A stretch of DNA of 64,000 nucleotides from Bacteroidota bacterium (lineage in GTDB: Bacteria > Bacteroidota > Bacteroidia > Bacteroidales > Bacteroidaceae): contig JAEZKJ010000177.1 of NCBI GenBank assembly GCA_023415545.1, forward strand, positions 43,014-107,013, given 5' to 3'. Positions 29,537 to 40,601 of the stretch are shown in pieces. Numbering within the stretch: position 1 is the stretch's first letter; each line of letters starts with the position of its first letter. Position numbers and translations under genes: made by a program. The notes under the pieces were generated by a model. The model made no database searches. It worked only from the letters and a program-made list of their open reading frames with translations, and had not been told where the DNA came from.

Positions 29537-31603
29537 ATGGAAAACAGTTTTCAATATTTTAATAGAGACATAAGCTGGCTTTCGTTCAATTATAGAGTCC
29601 TACTTGAAGCTGATGATGACTCTCTTCCTGTTTATGAAAGACTTAACTTTATATCTATATATAGTTCCAACCTTGAGGAATTTTATAAGATTAGGGTAGC
29701 AGAGCTTAAAGCAGCTGCTTCGGGTGGTGTTTGTAATAGCATGACTCAAGAAGAAGCTCATCAACTTATTCATGATATTACCAGGATAGTAAATGTCCAA
29801 ATGGAAGATCGTATACGTATATATGAGCAAAAACTTATTCCTGCACTAAAGAAAAATCATATCATTTTCTGTCAAAGTATGAATGAGGTTAAAGATTTTC
29901 ATACTGAATATATCACTAACTTCTTTCGTGAAGAGATTTTTCCATATATACAGCCTGTACTTGTGTCGAAAGGTAAGATAAAAAGTTTTTTGCGTGATAA
30001 TCGACTATATCTATCTACAAGAGTAAGAAATAGAGAGAGTGGAGAATTTGAGTATTTTATGATGAAACTTCCATATAGTAAAGTACCACGATTTATTGAA
30101 CTTCCTAAATATATGGATAATTACTACATCATATTTATGGAAGACATAATAAAGGCTAACATAGCTCTAATGTTTCCGGGATATGAAGTGGATAGCAGTT
30201 ATTGTTGTAAAATTTCGCGAGATGCCGATATCTTTGTTGATGATGCTTATAGTACAAAAGGTATTGTAGAGCAACTTAAAAAGAAAGTCAGCAAACGTAA
30301 AATCGGTGCAGTATCCAGATTTGTGTACGATAGGCAAATGCCTAAGGACTACCTTGATTATATTGTTGAGGCTTTCAATATCAGTGATGATGATTTAGTA
30401 CCTGGCGATAAACATCTAAATCTTGAAGATCTTTGTCATCTGCCTAATCCATTGAAAGATAAATTATCATATTGTAAGCCAAAACCTATAACATTGTCAT
30501 ATTTAAATGAAAAGAATGCAATGTTTAGGTATATACGAAAACGCGATTTAGTCCTACATTACCCATATCACTCTTTCGATCATTTTATCCATTTCCTATA
30601 TGAAGCAGTACAAGATCCTCTGTGCAAAGAAATAATGATAACTCAGTATCGTGTAGCTGAAAACTCAGAAGTAATCAATACTCTTATAGCTGCTGCTCAA
30701 AGTGGCAAAAATGTAACCGTTTTTGTTGAACTAAAGGCTCGTTTTGATGAGGAAAATAATCTGGCTACTGCCGAGATGATGGAGAAAGCTGGAATTAACA
30801 TTATATATAGCATTCCGGGCTTAAAGGTTCATGCTAAAGTTGCATTGGCTCTTAGATATAATAATAAGGGTTATAGAATTAGAAGTTACGCTTATGTAAG
30901 TACAGGTAATTTTAATGAGAAGACTGCAACTCTTTATTCTGATGTTGGACTTTTTACTTGTAATGAAAGTATAGTAGAGGATTTACACAATCTTTTTAGA
31001 GTTTTAAAGCAAGAGGCTGATAATCCTAATTTTAAGAGGTTACTCGTCACTCGTTTTAACCTCATGAATGAATTGAAAAAACTTATAGATTTTGAAATTA
31101 AGGAAGCAAAAAGAGGAAATGAAGCAAGAATTGTATTAAAAATGAATGCTTTGCAGGATCCTATTATGATTGATGAACTTTATAAAGCTAGTTTGGCAGG
31201 GGTGAAGATTGATCTAATTATAAGGGGTATATGCTGCTTAATTCCTAATCAACAATATAGTAAGAATATAAAAATAACTCGAATAGTAGATATGTTCCTG
31301 GAACATGCAAGGGTATGGTACTTTTATCATTCAGGTAAGGAGAAGATATATTTGGGCTCTCCTGACTGGATGCGAAGAAATCTTTATAGAAGGATAGAGG
31401 TGGTTACACCTGTACTTGATGAATCATTGAAGAGTGAGATTAAAGATTTACTAAATATTCAGTTGAAAGATAATTGTAAGGCTTGTTGGGTTGATGAAAA
31501 TCTTAAAAATGTTTTTAAGAAAGGGAAAAATGAACCTCTTTATAGAGCTCAAGTAGATATTTATGATTATCTAAAAAATAGATATGAAGAGTATAAAAAT
31601 TAA
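29537..31603 (+). CDS. ppk1: Polyphosphate kinase 1
   Basis: FNRDISWLSFNYRVL, SSNLEEFY, HYPYHSF, VELKARFDEENN, LKVHAK, STGNFN, FLEHAR and DWMRRN. Confidence 0.96.
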   Translation: MENSFQYFNRDISWLSFNYRVLLEADDDSLPVYERLNFISIYSSNLEEFYKIRVAELKAAASGGVCNSMTQEEAHQLIHDITRIVNVQMEDRIRIYEQKLIPALKKNHIIFCQSMNEVKDFHTEYITNFFREEIFPYIQPVLVSKGKIKSFLRDNRLYLSTRVRNRESGEFEYFMMKLPYSKVPRFIELPKYMDNYYIIFMEDIIKANIALMFPGYEVDSSYCCKISRDADIFVDDAYSTKGIVEQLKKKVSKRKIGAVSRFVYDRQMPKDYLDYIVEAFNISDDDLVPGDKHLNLEDLCHLPNPLKDKLSYCKPKPITLSYLNEKNAMFRYIRKRDLVLHYPYHSFDHFIHFLYEAVQDPLCKEIMITQYRVAENSEVINTLIAAAQSGKNVTVFVELKARFDEENNLATAEMMEKAGINIIYSIPGLKVHAKVALALRYNNKGYRIRSYAYVSTGNFNEKTATLYSDVGLFTCNESIVEDLHNLFRVLKQEADNPNFKRLLVTRFNLMNELKKLIDFEIKEAKRGNEARIVLKMNALQDPIMIDELYKASLAGVKIDLIIRGICCLIPNQQYSKNIKITRIVDMFLEHARVWYFYHSGKEKIYLGSPDWMRRNLYRRIEVVTPVLDESLKSEIKDLLNIQLKDNCKACWVDENLKNVFKKGKNEPLYRAQVDIYDYLKNRYEEYKN

Positions 31604-31636
31604 GCCCCATTATTTATAATGAGGCTTAATTTTTAT
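31593..31636. terminator. Bidirectional terminator
   Basis: ATAAAAATTAAGCC...GGCTTAATTTTTAT between ppk1 and the convergent gene. Confidence 0.75.
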
Positions 31637-31652
31637 AGTAATATTTAGATTA

Positions 31653-32285
31653 TTAAATACCAATCTTTAGTTTTACAAACTCTTTTAAATACTCTACTGT
31701 TCCGTCAATTCCCAAAACTGATGAGTCAATACAAAGATGATAACTTGCTGCAGCTCCCCAAGTTTTATAACTGAAATAATTATAATAAGCAGCTCTTTTT
31801 CTATCTCCTTTATCAATCATTTCTAAAGCTACTTCTTTTGAAACATTTTTAGTTTCCATAATTCTTTTACATCTAATCTCCTCAGGAGCTGAAATAAACA
31901 GATTTACACATCGAGGATGATCTCGAAGAACATAATCAGCACATCTACCAACAAACAGAGCCGATTCCTTCTCGGCTATATGATGAATAACATCACTTTG
32001 TATCTTGAAAAGTGATTCATTACTCAAACAATTTCCTATTGGGGCTACACCATCACTATAAAAAGGGAATCGAGTACCAAATATACCTCCAATAATATTT
32101 TGGGTTGTATGCTCATCAGCCTTTTCAAAGAATTCCTGGCAAAGTCCACTCTCCTGAGCTGCTAATGTAAGAAGTTCTTTGTCAAAACAGTTAATACCTA
32201 ATTCAGTAGCAAGCTTTACTGCAATCTCTTTTCCGCCGCTTCCTAGCTGACGTCCAAGATTTATAACATATTTATCATTCGTCAT
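31653..32285 (-). CDS. Cytidylate-kinase-like family protein
   Basis: INLGRQLGSGG, FVGRCADYVL and DRKRAAYYN..WG..YHLCIDSS. Confidence 0.88.
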   Translation of the reverse strand: MTNDKYVINLGRQLGSGGKEIAVKLATELGINCFDKELLTLAAQESGLCQEFFEKADEHTTQNIIGGIFGTRFPFYSDGVAPIGNCLSNESLFKIQSDVIHHIAEKESALFVGRCADYVLRDHPRCVNLFISAPEEIRCKRIMETKNVSKEVALEMIDKGDRKRAAYYNYFSYKTWGAAASYHLCIDSSVLGIDGTVEYLKEFVKLKIGI

Positions 32286-32327
32286 AGTGATTGAGAACTA
32301 AGTTTATCTTTTAAACAAATATATTGT

Positions 32328-33695
32328 TTATAATGATTTATTCTGCTGAGATTTATATTTAAATTTTTTAAACTGTTGAATAAGCATAATTGCAGCAATA
32401 ATACTCGACAGTAAATCTGAAAGAGGCATACTAAACCATATACCATCTACACCAAACCACATTGGTAAAAATATTAACGAAGGTAATAAAATTATTAATT
32501 GGCGAGTCAGAGATAAAAATATTGCTTTTGATGCCAATCCAATACTTTGAAAAAAGTTTGAAGCAACCATTTGAAATCCTATGATAGGGAAGAAAAGTAC
32601 TACAATTCTAAACCCTTCGGCGGCCATTTCTATAAGTTTTTTGTCATTAGTAAATAGTGAAGCTACCATTTCAGGGGCAAACATACCTATTAAGAATCCA
32701 ATTGATGTTATGGCTGTAGCACAATATATTGTTTTTCTTAAAACTTCATTCACTCTACCATAATGTTCGGCACCATAATTATACCCTGCTATAGGTTGCA
32801 TTCCCTGATTTAATCCCATAACAATCATTACGAAGATGAATATTATTCTATTAACAATACCATAGGCACCAATAGCATAATCACCATCATACCTTTTAAG
32901 ACTATTATTCATTAATATCACAATCAAACAGGCCGCAATATTCATTAAAAATGGTGATAAACCAACAGATATAATGGCTTTAACTATATAGCTTTTTAGT
33001 TTATAAGTACCTTTTTTGAAATGAATAAGCTCCTTTTTATTGGAAAATATTTTGATTTGCCATAATAGTGATATTATTTGTGATGTTACTGTAGCTGTAG
33101 CAGCTCCACGTATTCCCCAATCAAATAAATATATAAAGATAGGAGCAAGTATAGTGTTTATTATCACAGTGTTGATTGTGGCATACATAGCTGTTTTAGG
33201 ATGCCCAGAAGCCCTTAAAACTGCATTCATTCCAAAGTACATATGTGTAACAACATTACCTAACAGAATTATTTGCATAAAGTCACGAGCATATGGAATT
33301 GTGTTATCACTTGCTCCGAAGAAGTATAGGATGGGATCAAGGAATATCAGTGCAAATATACTTATGACTACACCCATAATTACATTTAGTGATATAACGT
33401 TTCCAAGTACATTCTGTGCTGTTTTGTAATCTCTTTGTCCTAACCGTACAGATATCATTGTTGCAGCTCCCACACCAACAAGTGCTCCAAAAGCTGTAGT
33501 TATATTCATAAGCGGAAAAGTGACAGCAAGCCCTGATATAGCCATAGAGCCAACACCTTTACCTATGAATATACTGTCAATCATGTTGTAAAGAGAGGAT
33601 GCTGTCATCGCAATAATCGCTGGAAGGGAATATTGTAGAAGTAATTTACTGATAGGTTTTGTACCTAAAATGGTAAGATCTTTTTTTGTATTCAT
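32328..33695 (-). CDS. MATE-family efflux transporter
   Basis: LYNMIDSIFIG, VLRASG, WGIRGAATAT and QPIAGYNYGA, with about 12 TM segments. Confidence 0.93.
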   Translation of the reverse strand: MNTKKDLTILGTKPISKLLLQYSLPAIIAMTASSLYNMIDSIFIGKGVGSMAISGLAVTFPLMNITTAFGALVGVGAATMISVRLGQRDYKTAQNVLGNVISLNVIMGVVISIFALIFLDPILYFFGASDNTIPYARDFMQIILLGNVVTHMYFGMNAVLRASGHPKTAMYATINTVIINTILAPIFIYLFDWGIRGAATATVTSQIISLLWQIKIFSNKKELIHFKKGTYKLKSYIVKAIISVGLSPFLMNIAACLIVILMNNSLKRYDGDYAIGAYGIVNRIIFIFVMIVMGLNQGMQPIAGYNYGAEHYGRVNEVLRKTIYCATAITSIGFLIGMFAPEMVASLFTNDKKLIEMAAEGFRIVVLFFPIIGFQMVASNFFQSIGLASKAIFLSLTRQLIILLPSLIFLPMWFGVDGIWFSMPLSDLLSSIIAAIMLIQQFKKFKYKSQQNKSL

Positions 33696-33834
33696 ATTGT
33701 TTGGATGTACTTTTGGAGTGCAAAGTTACTTATATTTTCGCTATTTGGTAAACTATTCTTCTACTATCGTTATTATATCTTTTCAACTGATTTCTTTAAT
33801 TAGTATATTTGACTTTATTTTTGAATAACTTTTT

Positions 33835-35211
33835 ATGAAAAATATAGTATTGTTCTCTCTTCTTACATTATTTAGCTTGGGAGTCTCAGCTGGAAAGAGT
33901 TATATGTTCAGACTTTATCTTAAGGATAAATCAGGGACACAGTTTTCAATAGAACATCCTGAGAAATTTCTCTCTCAACGTGCTCTCGAGCGAAGAAATA
34001 GACAAAATTTGACTGTTGATTCAACCGATTTACCAATATCCATGCAATATATTAATGTGGTAAAGAAAACAGGTACAAAAATTGTTGCTAAAAGTAAGTG
34101 GAATAATACAATGGTTATTGAATTAAGCGATTCAACTAAATTATCTCAGTTTGCTGAAATGCCATTTGTTATCAAGGTAAAGCGAGTATGGGTATCTCCT
34201 GATTCTATACCTGAGCGAAATTCAGAAAGAAAAAAAGAGGTAACAAATAAAAATAACAAGTTTGAAAACTATTATGGAGATGCATATCGACAGATAGAGG
34301 TCCATCATGGAGATAGCCTTCATATGGCAGGGTTCAAAGGAAAGGGTATGCATATTGCAGTGATTGATGCAGGATTCTATAATGCTGATGAGATTAAGCT
34401 ATTAAAAAAGATAAATCTCTTAGGAACAAAAGATTTTGTTAATCCAAAATCCGATATATACGCCGAAAACTCACATGGCATGAAAGTTCTTTCATGTCTG
34501 GCTGCTAACACTCCATATGTCATGGTAGGTACTGCTCCTGAGGCTTCATATTGGTTGTTGAGAAGTGAAGATAATGATACAGAGTTTCCTGTTGAAGAGG
34601 ATTATTGGGCAGCAGCGGTGGAATTTGCAGACTCGGCAGGTGTAGATGTTATAAACACCTCTTTGGGGTATGCTGAATTTGATGATAAAAGTGCAAGCTA
34701 TAATTATAGAGATTTAGATGGTAAAACTTCACTTATGTCCAATTCTGCATCTATGATTGCTGATAAAGGGATGGTACTTGTTAATAGTGCCGGCAACTCA
34801 GGCAGAAAGACTTGGAAAAAGATTACTCCTCCTGCTGATGCAAAGAATGTGATTACAGTAGGTGCTATAACAAGAAAACTTGTAAATGGTGAATTTTCGT
34901 CAGTGGGAAATACCTCTGATGGAAGGGTTAAACCGGATGTTATGTCTGTTGGTGTTTCTTCGGCTGTGATAGGGGATGATGGAATAGTAACTTGGGCTAA
35001 TGGAACATCGTTTTCATCTCCAATATTGTGTGGTATTGTAGCCGACTTTTGGCAAGCATGTCCTTGGCTTACTGCAAAACAAGTAGTTGAGGCTGTACAA
35101 AAAGCAGGTGATAGATATGAATATCCAGATAACATATTTGGTTATGGAGTGCCGGATATGTGGAAAGCATATAAAGATGAATTATTTAAAAGAAATAGTG
35201 ATGGGAAATGA
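33835..35211 (+). CDS. Secreted S8 (subtilisin-like) serine peptidase
   Basis: Signal peptide, catalytic IAVIDAG, SHG and NGTSFSSP motifs, plus NSAGN and KPDV. Confidence 0.92.
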   Translation: MKNIVLFSLLTLFSLGVSAGKSYMFRLYLKDKSGTQFSIEHPEKFLSQRALERRNRQNLTVDSTDLPISMQYINVVKKTGTKIVAKSKWNNTMVIELSDSTKLSQFAEMPFVIKVKRVWVSPDSIPERNSERKKEVTNKNNKFENYYGDAYRQIEVHHGDSLHMAGFKGKGMHIAVIDAGFYNADEIKLLKKINLLGTKDFVNPKSDIYAENSHGMKVLSCLAANTPYVMVGTAPEASYWLLRSEDNDTEFPVEEDYWAAAVEFADSAGVDVINTSLGYAEFDDKSASYNYRDLDGKTSLMSNSASMIADKGMVLVNSAGNSGRKTWKKITPPADAKNVITVGAITRKLVNGEFSSVGNTSDGRVKPDVMSVGVSSAVIGDDGIVTWANGTSFSSPILCGIVADFWQACPWLTAKQVVEAVQKAGDRYEYPDNIFGYGVPDMWKAYKDELFKRNSDGK

Positions 35212-36508
35212 ACCTCTTACTCTTTTAGAACTCAACAGCTTAGTTAAACAGAGCATACGTACCTGTTTACCGGATGAATATTGGGTAAGGGCGGAACTTA
35301 GTGATGTACGATATAATGTTGCGGGACATTGCTATGTGGAGTTCATACAGAAAAGTGGGCGTGGTGATAGTTTAGTTGCAAAGGCTAGAGGTACAATATG
35401 GAGTAACATTTTTTCGCTTCTTAGACCATATTTTGAAGAGACAACAGGTCAACGATTCACTGCAGGAATAAAGGTATTGGTAAAAGTTAATGTTGAATTT
35501 CATGAGCTTTATGGATATTCGCTTACTGTTCTTGATATTGATCCGGCATATACTCTTGGTGATATGGCTAAGAGAAGACGTGAAATCCTTAAAAAATTGG
35601 AAGAAGAGGGTGTATTAAATTTAAATAAAGAGCTTTCTATTCCAATGTTACCTCAAAGAGTAGCTGTTATATCTTCACCTACTGCTGCTGGATATGGTGA
35701 TTTCAGTAATCAGATTATAAACAATAGTCGAGGATATCAATTCTTTACTTCACTCTTCCCTGCTATTATGCAAGGAGATAGGGTAGAGGAGACAGTTATC
35801 GAGGCTCTTAATAAGATAAATGAAGAGAGGGACAATTTCGATGTTGTTGTAATAATTAGAGGAGGTGGAGCTACTTCCGACCTTTCGGGCTTTGATACTT
35901 ACGAACTAGCTGCTAACTGTGCTCAGTTCCCACTACCAATCATAACAGGAATAGGTCATGAGAGGGATGATACAATTATTGATATAGTTGCCAATACACG
36001 AGTCAAGACTCCTACTGCTGCAGCAGCTTTACTTATTGAAAAAATGGATATTGCAGCTAATACTCTTCATGAGTGCCATAACTCAATTATGAGTGGGGTA
36101 GAAAATATTCTTGATTTTGAAGTTAAAAGATTGGAGCAGCTCAAAAGAGAGGTTTTCGATTCTGTAACGGATAGAATAAAGGATGAGAGACATAGATGGC
36201 AAAAATTATCAATGATAATCTCATCTTCCTTTGCAAGGATGAATGTTAGCGAACTAAATCGTATTGAACGTATTAAAGATAAATTATCTGTTTCAGCAAA
36301 ATCTTTTCTTGTTCGTGAGAGGCATAAATTAGAAATTCTTGAACATAATATATCAAACTCCTCGCCAAAGAACATTCTTAAAAGAGGATATTCTTTAACT
36401 TTAAGTAATGGTAAGGTGGTGCGAGATAAAGATTCTGTATATGATGGAGATGAGTTAACAACTCTTCTTTATGATGGAGAAATAAAAAGTATAGTTAATA
36501 AAAAATAG
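35201..36508 (+). CDS. xseA: Exodeoxyribonuclease VII large subunit
   Basis: Start MGNEP at 35201 overlaps the S8 gene by 11 nt. Motifs GHCY, IIRGGG, TGIGHERD, KTPTAAA and ILKRGYS. Confidence 0.94.
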   Translation: MGNEPLTLLELNSLVKQSIRTCLPDEYWVRAELSDVRYNVAGHCYVEFIQKSGRGDSLVAKARGTIWSNIFSLLRPYFEETTGQRFTAGIKVLVKVNVEFHELYGYSLTVLDIDPAYTLGDMAKRRREILKKLEEEGVLNLNKELSIPMLPQRVAVISSPTAAGYGDFSNQIINNSRGYQFFTSLFPAIMQGDRVEETVIEALNKINEERDNFDVVVIIRGGGATSDLSGFDTYELAANCAQFPLPIITGIGHERDDTIIDIVANTRVKTPTAAAALLIEKMDIAANTLHECHNSIMSGVENILDFEVKRLEQLKREVFDSVTDRIKDERHRWQKLSMIISSSFARMNVSELNRIERIKDKLSVSAKSFLVRERHKLEILEHNISNSSPKNILKRGYSLTLSNGKVVRDKDSVYDGDELTTLLYDGEIKSIVNKK

Positions 36509-36511
36509 GAT

Positions 36512-36709
36512 ATGGCAGTAAAAGAGATTACTTATGAACAGTCAATCAAAAGGTTGGAAGAGATAGTATCGATGATTGATAACAATGAAATTGATATTGA
36601 TAACCTTGCAACTACTTTAAAAGAGGCTCAAAAACTTATAAAGTTATGCAATGATAAATTGTATAAAGTTGATGCCGAAGTAAAGAAAATATTTAATGAA
36701 GAATCGTAG
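36512..36709 (+). CDS. xseB: Exodeoxyribonuclease VII small subunit
   Basis: TYEQSIKRLEEIV...LIKLCNDKL, directly after xseA. Confidence 0.92.
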   Translation: MAVKEITYEQSIKRLEEIVSMIDNNEIDIDNLATTLKEAQKLIKLCNDKLYKVDAEVKKIFNEES

Positions 36710-36812
36710 TTTTTATACTTTTAGTTATAAAAAAGTTATAATTGATTGGTTTTTGTCAATATAACTTCTAATTTTGCTAAATAATGTAAATATAAACTTA
36801 AAAGTATATATT

Positions 36813-37832
36813 ATGGAAGAACTAGATTGGTCAAACCTGTCCTTCGGATATATGAAGACAGACTATAATGTACGTTGTTATTATAGAAACGGGAAGTGGG
36901 GAAAATTAGAACTATCTTCTGAGGAAACATTAAATATCCATATGGCAGCTACTTGTCTTCATTATGGACAAGAGGCTTTTGAAGGTTTGAAAGCTTTTAA
37001 AGGAAAAGATGGCAAAGTTCGTTTATTCCGTCCTGAAGCAAATGCTTTAAGACTACAAAGTACATGTAATGGAATATTAATGCCTGAGATACCAACAGAA
37101 CTTTTCCTTGAGGCTGTTAAAACTGTAGTAAAAGCTAACGAACGTTTTATCCCTCCATATGAAAGTGGAGCATCACTATATATACGTCCTCTACTCATTG
37201 GTACAGGAGCACAAGTAGGAGTAAAACCAGCAAATGAATATCTATTTTTAATATTTGTCACTCCTGTGGGCCCATATTTCAAAGGTGGTTTTGCTGGAAC
37301 ACCTTACGTTATAACTCGTAAATATGACCGTGCTGCTCCATTGGGAACCGGTATTTATAAGGTGGGAGGAAATTATGCTGCAAGTTTGCGCGCAAGTCAA
37401 GAAGCGCATGCTGCCGGTTATTCTGCAGAGTTCTATTTAGATGCTAAAGAGAAAAAATATATTGATGAGTGTGGTGCTGCAAACTTCTTTGGAATAAAGG
37501 ATAATACTTATGTTACACCTTTATCATCTTCTATATTACCATCAATCACAAATAAAAGTTTGATGCAGTTAGCTGAAGACTTAGGACTTAAAGTTGAACG
37601 TCGCTCTATTGCTGAAGAGGAATTGTCAACATTTGAAGAGGCCGGAGCTTGTGGTACTGCTGCTGTAATAAGCCCTATCCAAAGAATTGATGACCCTGAA
37701 AATAATCGTTCGTATATTTTTTCACAAGATGGTAAACCTGGTCCAATATCAACAAAACTTTATAACAAGTTGCGTGCAATACAGTATGGTGATGAACCGG
37801 ATATTCATAATTGGGTAACTATATTAGAGTAA
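36813..37832 (+). CDS. ilvE: Branched-chain amino acid aminotransferase
   Basis: Start MEELDW. Motifs LHYGQEAFEG, LYIRP, KVGGNYA, ILPSIT and GTAAVISP. Confidence 0.95.
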   Translation: MEELDWSNLSFGYMKTDYNVRCYYRNGKWGKLELSSEETLNIHMAATCLHYGQEAFEGLKAFKGKDGKVRLFRPEANALRLQSTCNGILMPEIPTELFLEAVKTVVKANERFIPPYESGASLYIRPLLIGTGAQVGVKPANEYLFLIFVTPVGPYFKGGFAGTPYVITRKYDRAAPLGTGIYKVGGNYAASLRASQEAHAAGYSAEFYLDAKEKKYIDECGAANFFGIKDNTYVTPLSSSILPSITNKSLMQLAEDLGLKVERRSIAEEELSTFEEAGACGTAAVISPIQRIDDPENNRSYIFSQDGKPGPISTKLYNKLRAIQYGDEPDIHNWVTILE

Positions 37833-37848
37833 TTAAATAATATAATTT

Positions 37849-38469
37849 ATGAAAACAAATTCTGAAATTAGGGAACAAGCTTATAAAGCTTTGGAAGGTA
37901 ATTGGGCAATGGCAGTTGCAATTTCATTAGTCTTTTTCTTGATATTTCAGTCACCATCAGTACCTTCTATATTTAGTACTGACCTTACCTTTATTGATAT
38001 ATTATCATTATTGCTTTTACCTTTAGCTTATGGATACTTTGTTACATTCCTTAAATTAATAAGAGGTAAGAATTTGGAATTAACCTCTCTTTTTGAAGGT
38101 TTTAATGATTATGGACGAATTCTATTTACCATATTATTAGTAAACGTATATACATTCCTTTGGTCTCTTCTTTTAATTGTTCCTGGAATAATTAAAGGCT
38201 ATTCTTACTCTCAGACTTGTTTTATACTAAAAGATAATCCTGATTTAAGTTACAATGCTGCAATAGAGGAGAGTATGAGGATGATGGATGGTAAAAAAAT
38301 GAAGTTATTTCTTTTGGATCTAAGTTTTATAGGATGGTTTATTCTATCATGTTTAACTTTAGGAATAGGATTCTTATTTCTTTGTCCTTATAATGTTGCA
38401 TCGCATGCGGCATTTTATGAAGGACTTAAAAGAGAAAAATATGGCTCAATAGAGGTTATTGAAGATTAA
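37849..38469 (+). CDS. DUF975-family membrane protein
   Basis: FLWSLLLIVPGIIKGYSYS, SMRMMDGKKMKLFLLDLSFIGW and AAFYE. Confidence 0.9.
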   Translation: MKTNSEIREQAYKALEGNWAMAVAISLVFFLIFQSPSVPSIFSTDLTFIDILSLLLLPLAYGYFVTFLKLIRGKNLELTSLFEGFNDYGRILFTILLVNVYTFLWSLLLIVPGIIKGYSYSQTCFILKDNPDLSYNAAIEESMRMMDGKKMKLFLLDLSFIGWFILSCLTLGIGFLFLCPYNVASHAAFYEGLKREKYGSIEVIED

Positions 38470-38493
38470 CTTTAATTTTAAAACATATCTTAT

Positions 38494-38530
38494 GATGCTC
38501 ACTTTATTATATATAGAGTGAGCATCTTTT
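38494..38530 (+). terminator. Intrinsic terminator
   Basis: GATGCTCACTTTAT...ATAGAGTGAGCATC followed by a T-run. Confidence 0.75.
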
Positions 38531-38582
38531 ATTTTTCATCTTCAAAAGATTATCATTACCTTTGTAATGAAAAAATAAATTT

Positions 38583-39341
38583 ATGGGAAAAGGGAAGTTA
38601 GAGAAATTTGCTGATATGCGTGAGTATCAGCATGTGTTTGAATATCCATATTCGGTTGCAGATAATGTTTCATTCCCTATGAAAGGTAAATGGAACAAGG
38701 AATTCTTTAAAAATGATAATCCTATTGTACTTGAACTTGGTTGTGGTAGAGGTGAGTATACAGTTGGACTTGGTAAATTATATCCAAATAAAAACTTTAT
38801 AGGTGTAGATATAAAAGGAGCAAGAATGTGGACCGGTGCTACTCAAGCACTTAAGGAGAACATGAGCAATGTTGCTTTCCTTAGAACTAATATTGAGATC
38901 ATTGATAGGATGTTTGCAGAGAATGAGGTTAGCGAAATTTGGCTTACATTTTCTGACCCTCAGATGAAAAAAGCTACTAAGCGACTTACATCTACTTATT
39001 TCATGAACAGGTATAGAAAATTCCTTCTGCCTAATGGTATTATTCATTTGAAAACTGATAGTAACTTCATGTTTACTTATACCAAATATATGGTTCAAGA
39101 GAATAATATTCCAGTTGAATTTATGACAGAAGATCTTTATGGATCAGGACTAGTGGATGATATATTAGGTATACGTACATATTATGAACAACAGTGGCTT
39201 GATCGTGGTTTGAAGATTAAATATATGAAATTTCATCTTCCTAAAGAGGGTGAACTTCGTGAACCGGATGTTGAAATTGAACTTGATGAATACAGAAGTT
39301 ATAACCGTAGCAAGAGAAGTGGTCTTGCAACAAGTAAATAA
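38583..39341 (+). CDS. trmB: tRNA (guanine-N7)-methyltransferase
   Basis: [29 protein letters not shown] and TYYE. Confidence 0.94.
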   Translation: MGKGKLEKFADMREYQHVFEYPYSVADNVSFPMKGKWNKEFFKNDNPIVLELGCGRGEYTVGLGKLYPNKNFIGVDIKGARMWTGATQALKENMSNVAFLRTNIEIIDRMFAENEVSEIWLTFSDPQMKKATKRLTSTYFMNRYRKFLLPNGIIHLKTDSNFMFTYTKYMVQENNIPVEFMTEDLYGSGLVDDILGIRTYYEQQWLDRGLKIKYMKFHLPKEGELREPDVEIELDEYRSYNRSKRSGLATSK

Positions 39342-39361
39342 CTATAAAAATTGAGACTAAT

Positions 39362-40462
39362 ATGACTTTATATCCCCAACTAATAATTGATGCACTAACA
39401 ACAGTGCGATATCCCGGTAACGGAAAAAATATTGTCGAGGCCGATATGGTTGCCGACAACATACGTATAGATGGTATGAGTGTTAGTTTTTCGATTATTT
39501 TCGAGAAACCTACTGATCCGTTTATGAAATCGGTAGTAAAGGCTGCCGAAAAGGCTATACATACCTTTATATCAAATGATGTACAGGTTACTATAACTAC
39601 AGAAAGTCGTCAAGCTGCACGTCCTGAAGTTGGAAAATTACTTCCTAAAGTAAAAAATGTTATTGCTGTTTCTTCAGGTAAAGGTGGAGTAGGTAAATCG
39701 ACTGTAGCTGCTAATCTTGCTGTTGCTTTAGCTAAACTTGGATATAAGGTTGGTCTTTTAGATGCAGATATATTTGGCCCTTCCATGCCTAAAATGTTTC
39801 AAGTAGAGGATGCACGTCCTTATCTTGAGAGAATAGATGGTCGTGATCTTATTGTTCCTGTTGAAAAGTATGGTATAAAACTTCTTTCAATAGGTTTCTT
39901 TGTAGATCCTGATCAAGCAACACTTTGGCGTGGTAGCATGGCAAGTAATGCATTGAAGCAACTTATTGCTGATGCTGCATGGGGAGAACTTGATTATTTC
40001 ATTCTAGATACTCCTCCCGGAACAAGTGATATACATCTTACATTAGTACAGACTCTTGCCATAACCGGTGCCGTGATAGTTAGTACTCCTCAACAGGTGG
40101 CTCTTGCCGATGCTCGTAAAGGTATTAATATGTATACTAATGATAAAGTAGATGTACCTATTCTAGGACTTGTAGAGAATATGGCATGGTTTACTCCTGC
40201 TGAACTTCCCGAGAACAAATACTATATATTCGGTAAAGAGGGTGTCAACGAATTGGCTAAAGAGATGAATGTACCTCTATTAGGTGAGATTCCGGTTGTA
40301 CAGAGTATATGTGAGAATGGAGATAAAGGTACTCCTGCTGCTCTAAATGAGAATAGTATCACTGGTCAAGCATTTATTAATTTAGCAAAAAATGTTGTAG
40401 AACAGACTGAAAAACGTAATGCAGAGAGACCAGCTTCACATATAGTAGAGATTAAGAAATAA
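39362..40462 (+). CDS. mrp: Mrp/NBP35 Fe-S carrier ATPase
   Basis: SGKGGVGKST, DADIFGPS, DTPPGTSD, STPQ and GLVENM. Confidence 0.94.
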   Translation: MTLYPQLIIDALTTVRYPGNGKNIVEADMVADNIRIDGMSVSFSIIFEKPTDPFMKSVVKAAEKAIHTFISNDVQVTITTESRQAARPEVGKLLPKVKNVIAVSSGKGGVGKSTVAANLAVALAKLGYKVGLLDADIFGPSMPKMFQVEDARPYLERIDGRDLIVPVEKYGIKLLSIGFFVDPDQATLWRGSMASNALKQLIADAAWGELDYFILDTPPGTSDIHLTLVQTLAITGAVIVSTPQQVALADARKGINMYTNDKVDVPILGLVENMAWFTPAELPENKYYIFGKEGVNELAKEMNVPLLGEIPVVQSICENGDKGTPAALNENSITGQAFINLAKNVVEQTEKRNAERPASHIVEIKK

Positions 40463-40485
40463 ATGTTTTATCTTTCTAAATAAGT

Positions 40486-40568
40486 AATAAAGCCACAACT
40501 TGTAAAAGTTGTGGCTTTATTGTTAAAAAATGATGAGGATGCATATTTTCATACAGATCCTCATCATT
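40486..40568. terminator. Two adjacent hairpins terminating convergent genes
   Basis: AATAAAGCCACAACTT..AAGTTGTGGCTTTATT (40486-40521) and AATGATGAGGAT...ATCCTCATCATT (40529-40568). Confidence 0.8.
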
Positions 40569-40601
40569 ACAGATTTTATAAAAGAAATAGTATATCTTTA
40601 T

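Noticed and set aside
33835..35211. S8 protease as the pilin-maturation enzyme
   Set aside because: It is 24 kb from the pilus locus, overlaps xseA in a housekeeping operon, and nothing indicates Arg specificity.
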